Source: Mobula birostris
Lineage: Eukaryota
Direction: 5' to 3'
Assembly: GCF_030028105.1 (NCBI RefSeq)
Contig: NC_092396.1
Span: forward strand, 15,955,820-16,019,819
DNA length: 64,000 bases
In this document: one piece after another, positions 1 through 12,368 of the stretch
How positions within the stretch are numbered: the first letter of the stretch is position 1
Layout: the number at the start of each line of letters is the position of its first letter
Notes under the pieces: generated by a model
Seen by the model: the letters and a program-made list of their open reading frames with translations, nothing else
Told to the model about the DNA's origin: nothing
Databases searched by the model: none
Made by a program: the position numbers and the translations under genes

Positions 1-960
1 CCAGGCAGTGTCCAATGCCCAGCTATCTTTAGCTGCTTCATCATCCATCACAGGATCAGAAGAGAAATGGCTGTTAATGATCACATAAAATGTACAATTT
101 CTCAGCAAATGGAAGCAGTCTGTTCACATGCAGCAAAATCTGAACAATATTCAGCTGTGAAGGAAGGTTAATGCCTTGAAGGTGCTATGCAAAGAACATC
201 TCCAACAAGAGAAACTAACCATTTACCATTGACAACAATGGTCCTTTCTAGGATGTTGCACCAGACAGTCAGCCATTCTTGTCTGGCACGTAGTGTCAGG
301 ATTGGTCTCCTTTCGGATTAACCAGGTCACGATATGAAGGTTCCTGACACCACCCTTGTTTTTTTTTTACGAGGCCGAGTGGCTAGCTCGACGCTCAACC
401 TGGCACGGATGGAAAGCGTGCTCAGGGGGGTGGCCCGACTTGAATTCGAACTTGGGAGCCTTCGCTCCGAAGTCCGGCGCTGATGCCACTGCGCCACCAG
501 CCAGCCAATAACAATGGTAATACCATCATTGACTCTCCCACTGTCAACATTCTGAATGTCATTAAAGACCAGAAATTCAATTCGATCAGCCAAATCAATG
601 CTGTGATTACAAGACCAGGACAGAGGATGGGTATCCTGTGAATGATCTGCCTCCTGATATCACAGAATCTTTCCACTATTTACATAGCAAAAGTTAGAAC
701 AGAAAGATCTCCAATTACTTGATGAAGTACAATACGCACTCAAGCTCAACACCATCCAGGACAAGACAGGTAGATTCATTGTTGCTTCATCCACCCACCT
801 TATATAATAATTTCCTCCATCACCAGTACAAATCATATGTACTGTCCACAAAGTATACTGCAGTTACTTCAATAAACTACTCCAAAAGTACCTTCAAACC
901 ATCTATAGACATTATGGAGAGTTTCAGGTGCATGAGCATATTTCTGCTTACATGTTCTCC
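1..960 (+). mobile_element. Highly degenerate LINE (CR1/L2-like) 3' ORF2 remnant, interrupted by a SINE
   Basis: Resembles the RT C-terminal region of CR1/L2-clade LINEs; no intact ORF; boundaries approximate. Confidence 0.45.
243..509 (-). mobile_element. tRNA-derived SINE with 9-bp target-site duplication
   Basis: Minus strand reads ggctggTGGCGCAGTGG (Pol III A box) ... GTTCGAATTC (B box), then an internal A-run; flanked by AACAATGGT at 234-242 and 510-518. Confidence 0.8.
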
Positions 961-1324
961 TCCCATAGCATCCTGACTTTGAAACATTGTCATTATGTCT
1001 AAATCCTACTCACCACTACCTTTCCTTTACAATAAATCAAGGCAATGCCCCCTAGAAACACAGATTCCCGAAACAAACTAAAACTCCAGAACAAGTCAAT
1101 AAATGAGAATTCAATCTATACAGGCTTCTTCATTTACATGATTACTTGATGTCTGCTGCAACTTCAAAAAAAGGAACTGGCAGGAAAATCTCAAAAAGCA
1201 GCAATGAAACTCAAGAAATATCAATATAAAAAGTATTAATTCACAGTGGAACAAAGGGAACTTTTAATATTACTGTAGTACATTCTTCAACAACTTAAAT
1301 TTAACATTCTAAAACCTTCTAACG

Positions 1325-1610
1325 CAAGTCTAGGACCAGAAGGCATGGCAAACTTGGGATGTCCATTTAGACAAAGGAATTTCGTTTGCCAGAGGGTAGT
1401 GTATCTGTGGAATTCATTACCACAGACGGCTGTGGAAACCAGGTCATTGAGTATATTTAAAGTGGAAGTTGATGGGTTCTTGAATAGTCAGGGCATTAAA
1501 GGTTACAGGGAGATGGCAGGAGAATGGGGTTGAAGGATAATAAATCAGCTGAGCTGACTCAATGGGATGAGTAACCTCATTTCGGCTGCTATTATCTTAT
1601 GGTCTCATGT
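1325..1610 (+). mobile_element. CR1 LINE 3' end fragment
   Basis: ORF 1345-1533 contains QRVVYLWNSLPQTAVE, the typical CR1 ORF2 C-terminus, followed by CR1 3' UTR. Confidence 0.8.
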
Positions 1611-1709
1611 GATTCTCATGTGTAATTAAAATCAAATCCAACATAAGCCATACAGAGAGCAAGAAGATCGATCAATCAAGTTCTTAGGAAAGGAGAAAGC
1701 TTTCCAACT

Positions 1710-2910
1710 ACAGTTCAGCATTCAATACAATCATCCCCTTAAAACTAATCAATATGCTTTAAGACTTTGGCCTCAATACCACCTCTGCAATTCGATCCTC
1801 AATTTCCTCACTTGCAGACTCCAGTCAGTTTGGATTGGCAACAACATCTCCTCCAAATCTACATCAGCACAGGTGCACCTCAAGGCTGTGTGCTTAGCCC
1901 CCTGCTCTACTTGCTTTACACTTATGACTGCATGGCTAAACACAGCTCCAATGCCATATTCAAGTTTGCAGATGACACCACTACTGTAGGTCAAATTAAA
2001 TGTGGTGACAAATCAGCATACAGAATGGAGATTGAAAATCTGACTGAATGGTGCCACAACAACTTCTTATTCAATGTCAGTGAGACCAAGAGGCTGATTT
2101 TTGACTTCAGGAGGAGGAAACCAGGGGTCCATCAGCCAATCTCCATCAGTGGCTCAGAGATGGAGAGGGTCAGCAACTTTAAATTTCTCAATGTCACCAT
2201 TTCCGACAATCTGTCCTGGGGCCAGCATGTAAATGCAATTACAAAGAAATAATGACAGCACCTCTACTTCCTGAGAAGTTTGCAAAGAATCGGCATGACA
2301 TCTAAAAACTGTCAAATTTCTTTCGATGTGTGGTGGGGAGTATATTGACTGGCTGCATCACAGCCTGGTATGGAAACAGTAATGCCCTTGAACTGAAAAT
2401 CCTACAAAAAGTAGTGAATATAGCCCAGTCCACTCGGTGTAAAGCCCTCCCCACCACGGAGCACATCTACACAGAGCACTGCCACAGAAAAGCAGCATCG
2501 ATCAGCAGGGACCCCCAACACCATGGTCATGCTCCTTTCTCACTTCCGGAATCAGGAAGGAGGTACAGTACAAGATCATCAGGACTCCACCATCAGATTC
2601 AGGAATGGTATTTACCCCTCAATCATCAGGCTCTTGAACCAAAGGGAATAACTTCACTTGTTCCATCTCTGAAATGTTCCCACAACCTACAGATTTACTT
2701 TAAAGGACTCTTCATCTCACGCTCTTGATATTTATTTCTTACTCTCTGTATTTGCACAATTTGTTGTCTTTTGCACGCTGGTTGTACGCCAGTTGGTGCA
2801 ATCCTTCATTGATTCTGTTAGGATTATTGGATTTATTGAGTAAACCCACAAGAAATGAATCTCGGGGTTATATATGGTGACATACATGTACTTTGATAAA
2901 CGTACTTTGA
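1710..2910 (+). mobile_element. Rex1/Babar-type LINE, 5'-truncated and degenerate
   Basis: RT motifs STGAPQGCVLSPLLY and KFADDTT (ORF 1767-2252), SILTGCITAWYGN (2330-2728), Rex-type 3' tail. Confidence 0.85.
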
Positions 2911-3229
2911 AATTGGTGTGGTAAAACGCTGAGGTCATAGAACAGCGATAACTTCAAAAAAAAGACTAGAAACCAATGTTTTCGGGAGGTACCGGCCGAC
3001 AAATGTTTCCGTCAAGTCAGTACATAACAATAAAGTGCTGGGTCATTTCAAATATAACGACGATCCAGCAGAACACCGGAATAATCCAACCTGGAGATCT
3101 ACATTAAAGCCCGCTGAATAAACACAATCTATTGTCAAATTGAACTTTAATCCGCCGTAAATGTAAGAGCACTAGCCAGTTATCTAATCAATAAAAATAA
3201 ACTCTAAAGCACAGTCTAAGTCCAACACG

Positions 3230-3810
3230 TACGTGTGCCAGACTGATTGTATTCCACTAGCTCTACTTGTTTGTGTATTTGCTGGACTGCGCTCTCAAAG
3301 CGATGCGTTACGGGAGTTGTAGTTTTACAGCGCCCCGTACGCCCGCATCAACCCAGCAGTGACGTACAAAGAGAACTACAACCACCTGAGGACCGCGCAT
3401 GCCCGTCGCTGCTGATCCACTCTTCCCCAGCATCTCCGGCTCTCACTTCCCAATCCTCTCAGGCCAAACACCCCTCACCACTTGCTCCTCACACTCAACA
3501 CCAGCGGCTCTCCAAGCTGCCTCTGCTGACCTATGTCAATGGCGAAGCTCTTGGCGTTCTCCAGGTTGCGGAAGATCTCGTCGGGCGGCAGTGTGATGCT
3601 TTTGTCGAGGCCGTCGCGCGCTGAGCGGGACGTTCGAACGCCCCCAGCTGCTTTCGTGCAATCTGCCGCCATTGCCGTTCCCACAGCACGGTGCGTCCTG
3701 CGTAAACCTGGCGTCATACGTCCGCCGCGCGTTCCCCGGCAACCCGAGTCGCTGATGGCCCGCGATGAAGTTTGTTCCCGGTGTCGCAGAAACAAGACAT
3801 CATCCTAACG
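3230..3810 (-). promoter_or_regulatory. CpG island / PANK4 promoter
   Basis: Dense CpGs across exon 1; RFX X-box-like GTTCCCCGGCAAC at 3731-3743; NRF1-like GCGCATGC near 3395. Confidence 0.75.
3531..3672 (-). CDS. PANK4: Pantothenate kinase 4 / 4'-phosphopantetheine phosphatase, coding exon 1 (gene continues beyond the left end of the window)
   Basis: ATG at 3672 in good Kozak context (gcaATGG). Encodes [47 protein letters not shown](G); [26 protein letters not shown] is the PANK4 N-terminus. Phase-1 GT donor at 3530-3529. Confidence 0.95.
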
Positions 3811-3924
3811 CTTTGCAGTTTTACTGTTTGGACAACATTAATGAATTTGACCCGTGGAATGTATGTTAAAATTCAAATCTTAAATATTGAAAGTCAGATT
3901 AAGTGCAATATTAAATACTGAAAT

Positions 3925-4210
3925 ATTAGCCAGATGCAGGGTCTCGACCTGAAATGTCAACTGTCTATATCCCTCCACAAACTCGCTGTGCATCTCCATC
4001 GTTCAAGATTTCCACCATCTGCCATCTCACCTGTTTCAGCCTTAAATATTAACCATTTTATCAAATTCCTTGTCAGATTATAAATCCAGATGTAGGGTCT
4101 TGAACCGAAGTATCGGCTGTCCGTTTCCCATCACAGATGCTGTCTGACCCACTGGGTTTCCCCAGTATTTCGTTTGCTCCAGATTCCAGCATCTGCAATT
4201 CCTTGTGTAA
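3925..4210 (+). mobile_element. Two degenerate Penelope-like terminal-repeat fragments
   Basis: Decayed copies of the agggtctcggcccgaaacgtcgactg ... cagatgctg ... ttccagcatctgca motif seen throughout the window. Confidence 0.65.
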
Positions 4211-4264
4211 GACCAAAAGAACCAACGATATAGAAGAGGATCGGGCTATTCCGCCCATCGAGTA

Positions 4265-5090
4265 AAGAGCATTACTGGTGCCTCCACAATCTCTTCACCT
4301 ACCTCTTTCAGAACCCTAGGGTGTAGTCCGTCTGGTCCAGGTGACTTATCTACCTTCAGACCTTTCAGCTTCCCAAACACTTTCTCTTTAGTAATAGCAA
4401 CTGCACTAACTTCTGCCCCAACAGTTCTGAACTTCTGGCATACTGCTAGTATCTTCCACAGTGAACCTGATGCAAAATACTTCTTCAGTTCATCTGCTTA
4501 TCGTTGTATTCCATCCAGCATCATTTCCCAGTGGTCAGATATCTACTCTGGCCTCTTTTTACTCTTTATAAATCTAAAAAAAACTATACTCTTTGATATT
4601 ATTGACTAGCTTGTCTTCATTGTTCATCTTTTCCCTCCTTGTGGTATTTTAGTTGTCTTCTGTTGGTTTTTGAAAGCTTCCCAATCCTCTAACTTCCCAC
4701 GAATTTTTGCTCTATTATATACCCTCTATTTTGCTTTTTTGTTAGCTTTGACTTCCCTTGTCATCATGATTATGTCATCCAACCTTTAGAATACTTCTTC
4801 TTTGGGTTGTTTCTATCCTGCACCTTCCAAATTGCTCCCAGAAACTCCAGCCATTGCTGCTCTGCCGTCATCCCTGCTGGTGTCCTCTTCCAATCAACCT
4901 TGACTAGCTTTTCTCCCATGCCTCTGTAATTCCCTTTATTCTACTGTAATACTGCTACATTTGATTTTGGCTTCTCCCTCTCAAACTGCTGGGTGAATTC
5001 TGTCACAGATATCTCCTAAGGTTTCCTTTACCTTAAGCTCCCTAATCAAATCCAGTTAATTACACAACACCCAATCCAGAATAGTATCCA
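4265..5090 (-). mobile_element. CR1 LINE ORF2 fragment
   Basis: Similar in organisation to the endonuclease-RT linker of the CR1 at 9.2-10.1 kb; stop-ridden. Confidence 0.7.
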
Positions 5091-5239
5091 GATTATAAAC
5101 AAGGTTAGGCAAACTAAATTATAAACCAATTCCTCAAACATCTCCTTACATGTATTTCATTTGAATTAGCAGTGTGAATAACATTCAATTATAAATTCAT
5201 GTATATTTTGACCCTTGCAGATTGCTATCACCTCCAGTG

Positions 5240-7560
5240 TGTTATGTACTGAATATAATGTGAGAGGGCATTCTGGATACATGACTTACAAGTAAAATAA
5301 ACCAGTGTATTTGCTTCTCACCTCACCATCTCTTGTGTGTATTATTTATGGCCAGCCGGCTACCCAGTACTACAAAACATAACAATTGGTGTCACAATAA
5401 CAAGTCCTCATGCAATACTTATTGCTTTGTTCCCTTTGGCAAAAAAGTCCATGTGCAATGCTAGTGCTTTACTGCTGTATAATGTGGGTGAGCAAGAAGA
5501 AAGCGGCCACTGGAAACATTGGGAGAGGAGAATCCAAGGAAAGAGAACGAGAATGAGGCAGTTAAATAGAGGGGGAGAGACACAGATAAGACTAGTTAAA
5601 TTTTCTGGGTTTTCGTGATTGTGGTTGAAAATGGCAACAATATTTGGATGTATGGGGTTGCATAATGAAACAACAGAGCAATGATCCATATACTGAAAGA
5701 TTTGAATATTTGGCACTGACAAATCAAATTTCAGATGATATTCATGTTCCAACTTTTTTGACTGTGATGGTGCAAAAATGTTTAATTTATTACACAGTCT
5801 AGTACAACCTGCTAAACCTGGAGTTCAGCCTTAAGGGGACATAGTTAAAATCTTAAAGGACCACTGTTCACCTAAACCTTTGATTATTGCTGAGAGGTTT
5901 AGATTTCATAAAAGGAATCAGGAGGAAGGAGAGTCTATTTCACAGTTTGTGGTGGTGCTGAAGCAATTGTCTGAACACTATGATTTTGGGCAGTGGCTGA
6001 ATGACACATTACATAATAGACTCGTATGTGGTCTGCATAGTGAGCTATTCAGATATGTTTGCTCACAGAAAACAAACATTACAGAAAGCAATTGAGATTA
6101 GTACATCTATGGAGATGGCTGCTAAAGAAGCACAGCTATGAAGCACATCTTCCTAAGTTCATAAAGTTGCTGCAGACTTTAAGAATAAGACACTTATTGA
6201 AAGTTGGTGTTACCATTGTAGAAAAACTGGGCATTCAGTAAAAGAATGCTGGAATAAAGGATTTAGATTACTGAGGCTGTGGCAAAAAGGAACTTGCCTG
6301 TAAAAGTAAAAAGACACTGTCAACCAAAAACACTAATAATGAAAACTGGCTTTTGGAAAAGCAAAAAAAAATGTGAACAAGATGGAACGTACTGAGGATG
6401 GACTGAGTGACTCACCCTGTGGTTGAAGAAATTTTGCATGTTTTGTCTGTTGCAAGACACAAAGACGGCTATTGGGTGACCCCCCACAGTTGGATGTGGC
6501 CACGCTGAGGAATGCAGGTGGACACGGGTGCTGCAGTATTGCTGGTGTCAGAGACAAGAAGAAATTGCAGCATCTCACCCTAGAAGGGGCAAGGTCGACT
6601 TTAAAGACTTACAGTGGTGTGTTTGTTCCACTGAGGGGAGTAGTACATGTTACAGTGGAGATTAACGAACGGAGAAAGAAACTTCCACTGTGCACTGTTA
6701 AAGGTAGTTACCCAGTGCTTCTGGGCCGCTTATGGTTGGGACAGCTCAGGCTTAACTGGCACGAAGTGCACTTCATTAGTAGGAGCACAGGTCTACAAGA
6801 GGTTTTAAAGAAACACGAAGTCTTCGATTGAGAACTGGCCAATAGAAAGGGAATCACTGTTAAGCTGGCTGTTAAGCACAGGTTCTTAGCCGAGCGGTGA
6901 GGTGCCTGCTGAGTCTCGGTGGGCAATGGATAAGAAGGAATGGATTGAAGAAAAAGGTCAATTAAATGATAAAAATAAAATTAAGTGACATAAGGAAACC
7001 ATACAGTATATATATTCCAAGGAAAAGCTGCTAGAAATCAAAAGAAAGCAGATACCGGTATGCCTTTTGGAAAAGTATGACAGTGAAAACATCTGGGACC
7101 CTAAAAAGTGACATGCATCCCAGTTCTAGCAGGAGTTTGCCATTGCGTGGAGCTAAGAAGGACTATGCTTTGGATTTGGCAAGAGCAGCTCTCAAGTGAA
7201 GAATTGCAGATCCACGAAAGGGAGTAAAGGAAGAAGATCTTGATGTTGCACTTAGTCCTCAGTGCCAAAGCTTTGGTGGTGGTTGTCATGTGACCAATCA
7301 CTCCGATCTGAAAGCCCACTGCAAAATAAAAGAATGGGTTGAGTTGCCAGCGGAGAATTGGAAGTGAGCGCATAATAACATCAAGAACCTTTGATCGAGA
7401 TGGTGAAGGCAAAGACTTGCTTGACAGTGATGCTAGAGAAGGAAAGGAGTGTGACTACAAGGAAAAGCACTTTATGAAAGAGCTTAATGTTGGCAAATAT
7501 GTTTTTGGTGAACAGAGGCAATGTGATTCCTATACTGAAGAGGAACCAGAATGGTTTTCT
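5240..7560 (+). mobile_element. Gypsy LTR retrotransposon relic (5' LTR, gag, protease)
   Basis: Short LTR 5240-5384 bounded by the inverted termini TGTTATG/CATAACA, then PBS-like attggtgtca. Gag IIAERFRFHKRNQEEGESISQFV...LVCGL (5880-6095); protease-type DTGAAV near 6520; frameshifted. Right boundary uncertain. Confidence 0.85.
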
Positions 7561-8130
7561 GCTCATTAATCAATTAAAACTTTAGACACCATACACTAGA
7601 ATACTACAGCACAGTACAGGCCCTTCGGCCCTCGATGTTGTGCCGACCCATATATTCCTTTAAAAAAAGCACTAAACTCACACTACCCCGTAACCCTCTA
7701 TTTTTCTTTCATCCATGTACCTATCCAAGAGGGTCTTAAATACCTCTAATGTTTTAGCCTCCATCACCATCCCTGGCAAGTCATTTCAGGCACCCACAAC
7801 CCTTTGCATAAAAAACTTACCCCTGATGTCTCCCCTAAACTTCCCTCCCTTAACTTTGTACATATGCCCTCTGGTTTTTGCTATTCGTGCCCTGGGAAAC
7901 AGGTACTGGCTATCCACCCTATCTATGCCTCTCATAATCTTGTAGACCTCTATCAAATCCCTTCTCATCCTTCTACGCTCCAAAGAGAAAAGTCCCAGCT
8001 CTGCTAACCTTGCCTCATAAGACTTGTCTTCCAATCCAGGCAACATCCTGGTAAATCTCCTCTGTACCCTCTCCATAGCTTCCACATCCTTCCTATAATG
8101 AGATGACCAGAACTGAACACAATACAGAGA

Positions 8131-8278
8131 CTCTTCCTTCAGTTAGTCCTGACGAAGCGTCACGGCCTGAAACGTCGACTACACCTCTTCCTACAGATGC
8201 TGCCTGGCCTGCTGCGTTCACCAGCAACTTTGATGTGTGTTGCTTGAATTTCCAGCATCTGCAGAATTCCTGTTGTTT
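8131..8278 (+). mobile_element. Penelope terminal fragment with hammerhead motif, nested in CR1, 12-bp TSD
   Basis: agtcCTGACGA...tGAAACgtcgact; flanked by ACAATACAGAGA at 8119-8130 and 8279-8290. Confidence 0.85.
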
Positions 8279-11244
8279 ACAATACAGAGATTTGTAGAGT
8301 TGCAATATGACCTCTCTACTCTTGAACTCAATCCCCCTATTAATGAAGCCTAGCATCCCATAGGCCTTTTTAACTATTCTATCAACCTGTGCGGCGACCT
8401 TGACGGATGTATGGATTTGAACCCCAAGGTCCCTCTGTTCATCCACACTCTTAAGTAACCGACGCTTAACCCTGTCCTCAGCCTTCTGGTTTGTCCTTCC
8501 AAAATGCATCACCTCACACTTATCCAGATTGAACTCCATCTGCCACTTTTCTGCCCAGCTCTGCATCCTGTCTATATCCTCTTGTAACCTTTGACAACCT
8601 ACAGCTCCATCCACAACTCCTCCAATCTTTGTGTCGTCCACAAATTTACTCACCCATCCTTCCGCCTCTTCATCCAGGTCATTTATAAAAATCACAGAGC
8701 AGGGGTCCCAGGACAGATCCTTGCTGCACTCCACTAGTCACCGACCTCCAGGCAGAATACTTTCCTTTCACTACTACTCTGTGCTTTCTTCCTGTAAGCC
8801 AATTTTTTATCTAAACAGCCAAGGTATCACTGATCCCATGCCTCATGATTTTCTGGATGAGTTGCTTGTGGGGGACCTTGTCAAATGCCTTGCTAAAATC
8901 CATGTAAACCACATCTACCGCCCTACCCTCATCAATTTCTTCTGTTACCTCTTCAAAAAACTCAATTAGGCTCGTGAGGCACAACCTTTCCTTCACCAAG
9001 CCATGTTGACTATCCTTGAGTAGGCTGTACTTCTCCAAATGCTTGTAGATCCTGTCCTTAAAAATCCTTTCCAATAGCTTGCAGACCACCGACGTAAGAC
9101 TCACCGGTCTATAGTTCCCAGGATTCTCCCTATTACCTTTTTTTAAACAAGGGAACTACATTTGCTGTTCTCCTGTCCTCCGGCACCTCCCCTGCAGCCA
9201 AAGAGGATTCAAAGATCATAGCTACTGCTCCAGCGATCTCTTCTCTCACTTCCCACAGCAACCTGGGGTATATCATGTCCGGCCCTGGGGATTTATCAAT
9301 CTTGATGTTTTTAAGAAGATTCAACACTTCTTCTTCCTTGATCTCCACATTGTCCAGCACACAGGCCTGTTCTATTTTGACCTCACCCTGATCAAGGTTC
9401 TTTTCACTTGTGAATACTGAAGCAAAGTATTCAGTTAGGATCTCCCCAACCTCCTCTGCCTCCAGGCACATGTTGCCTTCTTTATCCTTTAGCGGTCCCA
9501 CCTTCATTCTTGTCATCCTTCTGTTCTTCACATACACATACACATACAACCTTGGGGTTCTCCTTAATCCTACATGCCAAGGCCTTGTCATGCCCCCTTC
9601 GAGCTCTCCTAAGTCCTTTCTTAAGCTCCTTCCTGGCTACCCTATATTTCTCATGAGCCCCTGCTGCTTCCTGCTTCTTATATCTAACGTATGCTTCCTT
9701 CTTCCTCTTGAAGAGTTGCCTCACGTGTTTCATCAGTCACAGTTCCCTGTTCCTACCATTTTTTCCTTGTCTCAGTGGGACAAACCCATCCTGAACCCAG
9801 CACAAGTGGTCCCTAAGCTTCCTCCACATTACTTCTGTGCTTTCACCCTTGAGCATCTGTTTCCAATTTACTGTCGCTAGTTCCTGCCTCATCCCTTCAT
9901 AGTTAGCCCTTCACCAGTTAAGCACTTTCCCATTTTGTCTGTTTTTATCCTTTTCCATAGCTATGCTGAAGTTAAGGGAGTTGTGGTCACTCTCACTAAA
10001 ATGCTCGCCCATCAAGAGGTCTGCCACCTGACCAAGTTCATTACGCAGAACTAGATCCAGTATGGCCTCTCCTCTCGTCGGCCGGTCCATATACTGTGTC
10101 AGGAATCCTTCTTGAACACACCTGACAAATTCAGCCCCATCTATCCCCCTTGCAGTCAGGAGGTGCAAGTCAATATGAGGGAAGTTGAAATCACCCATAA
10201 CTACAACCCTGTATTTCCTGCACCATTCTAAAATCTCCCTGCTTATCTGCTCCTTAGTGTCCCGAGGGCTATTTGGGGGCATATAGACTACTCCCAGCAC
10301 AGTGATTGATCCCTTCCTACTTCTGACTTCCACCCACACTGACTCAGTGGACACTCCCTCTGCAGCGTCCTCCCTTTCTATAGCTGTGATACTATCCCTG
10401 ACCAGTAATTCTACTGCCCCCCCTTTCTTCCTCCCATCCTATTCCTTTTAAAACACCTAAACCCCGGTACCTGCATCAGCTAATCCTGCACTTCCTCCAG
10501 CCAAGTTTCAGTAACGGCCACAACATCATAGTTCCATGTACTGATCCATGCTCTAAGTTCATCCCCTTTATTCCTAATACTCCTAGCATTGAAATAAACA
10601 CATTTCAACCCCTCTAACTGGCTACATTTATGTTTTGTCCCCTGCCTGTCCTTCCTCACCAACTCAGAACACATAGCATCATGCCCTTGTCCTTCTACCC
10701 TAATCTCTACACTCACATTCTGATTCCCACCCCCCTGACAAACTAGTTTAAACCCTCCCCAACAGCTCTAGCAAACCTGCCCACCAGGATATTGGTCCCT
10801 TTCCAGTTCAAGTGCAGCCCGTCCTTTTTGTATAGGTCAGACCTTCCCCTGAAGAGATCCCAGTGATCCAGAAATCTGAACCCCTGTCCCCTGCACCAAC
10901 TGTTCAGCCAGACATTCATCTGCCATAACTTCCTGTTCCTACCCTGTCTGTCTCGTGGCACAGGTAGCAATCCCGAGATTACCACCCTTGAGGTCCTGCT
11001 TTTTAACTTCTTTCCTAACTCCCTATATTCCTTCTTCAGGATCTCATCCCTGCTCCTATCAATGTCATTGGTCCCCACGTGGACCACGACATCTGGCTGC
11101 TCACCCTCTCTCCTGAGAATACCGAGATATCACAGACCCTGGCACCTGGGAGGCGGCAGACCATCCGGGATTCTCAATCTCTCCCACAGAACCTCTTATC
11201 TGTCCCCCTAACTATCGAATCATCTATCACTACTGCTTTCCTCT

Positions 11245-11415
11245 TTTAAAACGCAAACACAAGGAAATCTGCAGATGCTGGAATTTCAAGCAACACACAT
11301 AAAAGTGTGAACGAAGGAGTCCTGACGAAGGATCTCGGCCTGAAATGTCAACTGTACCTCTTCCTAAAGATGCTGCCTGGCCTGCTGCATTCACCAGCAA
11401 CTTTTATGTGTGTTG
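11245..11415 (+). mobile_element. Penelope terminal fragment with inverted 5' segment, nested in CR1 ORF1
   Basis: Inverted ctgcagatgctggaatttcaagcaacacacataaaag followed by the forward CTGACGA...GAAA motif and cttttatgtgtgttgc. Confidence 0.8.
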
Positions 11416-11917
11416 CTCTCCTCTTTTCCCTCCTTACTTTCTGAGCTGAGGGTCCAGTCTCGGTGCCAGAGACGTGACCACTACAACTTGTCCCTGGTAG
11501 GTCATCCCCACCACCAACAGTATCCAAATCAGTATACTTATTGTTGATGGGAACGGCCATAGGGGTGCTCTGCTCTTTCTGTCTATCCCCCTTCCCTCTC
11601 CTGACAGTCACCCAGTTACCTGTCTCCCTGAAACTCTGATCTATTACTGCCTCAGCCTCTCAAATTATCCAAAGTTCATCCAGCTCCAGCTCCAGTCCCC
11701 TAACTCGGTTTAGCAGGGGCTGCAGCTGGATGCACCTTTTGCTGGTGTAGTCATCAGAGACAATTGTGCTGTCCCTGACTTCCCACATCTGACAATCGGA
11801 GCACTGGACTGCCCTGTCTACTGCCTCCATTACCAACCCCTAAGTTAATTAAATTAATTAAAGAAACATACCCAGCCTTACCTCACTGGGAGCAAGTTCG
11901 TCTTCAGCCTCTGCTCG

Positions 11918-12368
11918 CCAAAACCTCTCGAGCCAAAGCCTCAAAGCTCCACTCCTTCACTGGCCCGCTCACTCACTGGCCGCTCTGCTTGAGCGACCCC
12001 TCTTTTTATTTGTTTGAGCTTTTCAATTTTCGATTACCCAATCAAACTGCTTGATCACCTGACCTCGACTGCCCAATCAGCTGCTTTCTGCTGAGTCTGA
12101 GCTATTCAAATCTTGATTGCCCAATCAACTGCTTTCTGCTGAGTCTGAGCTGTTCAAATCTTGATTGACTTGATTGCACAATCCAACTGCCAAAACTGCC
12201 AAAACCTCTCGAGCCAAAGCCTCAAAGCTCCACTACTTCACTAGCCCACTCACTCACTGGCCGCTCTGCTTGAGCTACCCCTCTTTTTATTAGTTTGAGC
12301 TTTTCAATTTTCGATTGCCCAATCAAACTGCTTGGTCACCTGACCTTGATTGCCCAATCAGCTGCTTT
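11918..12368 (-). repeat. Tandem duplication (period about 281 bp) plus short subrepeats in the CR1 5'UTR
   Basis: ccaaaacctctcgagccaaagcctcaaagctccact...gcccaatcagctgctt occurs at about 11918-12088 and 12199-12368; gcccaatca..ctgctttctgctgagtctgagct subrepeats lie between. Confidence 0.85.

Noticed and set aside
3247-3808. Plus-strand ORFs over the PANK4 exon
   Set aside because: Antisense shadows of a GC-rich CpG island with no independent coding evidence.
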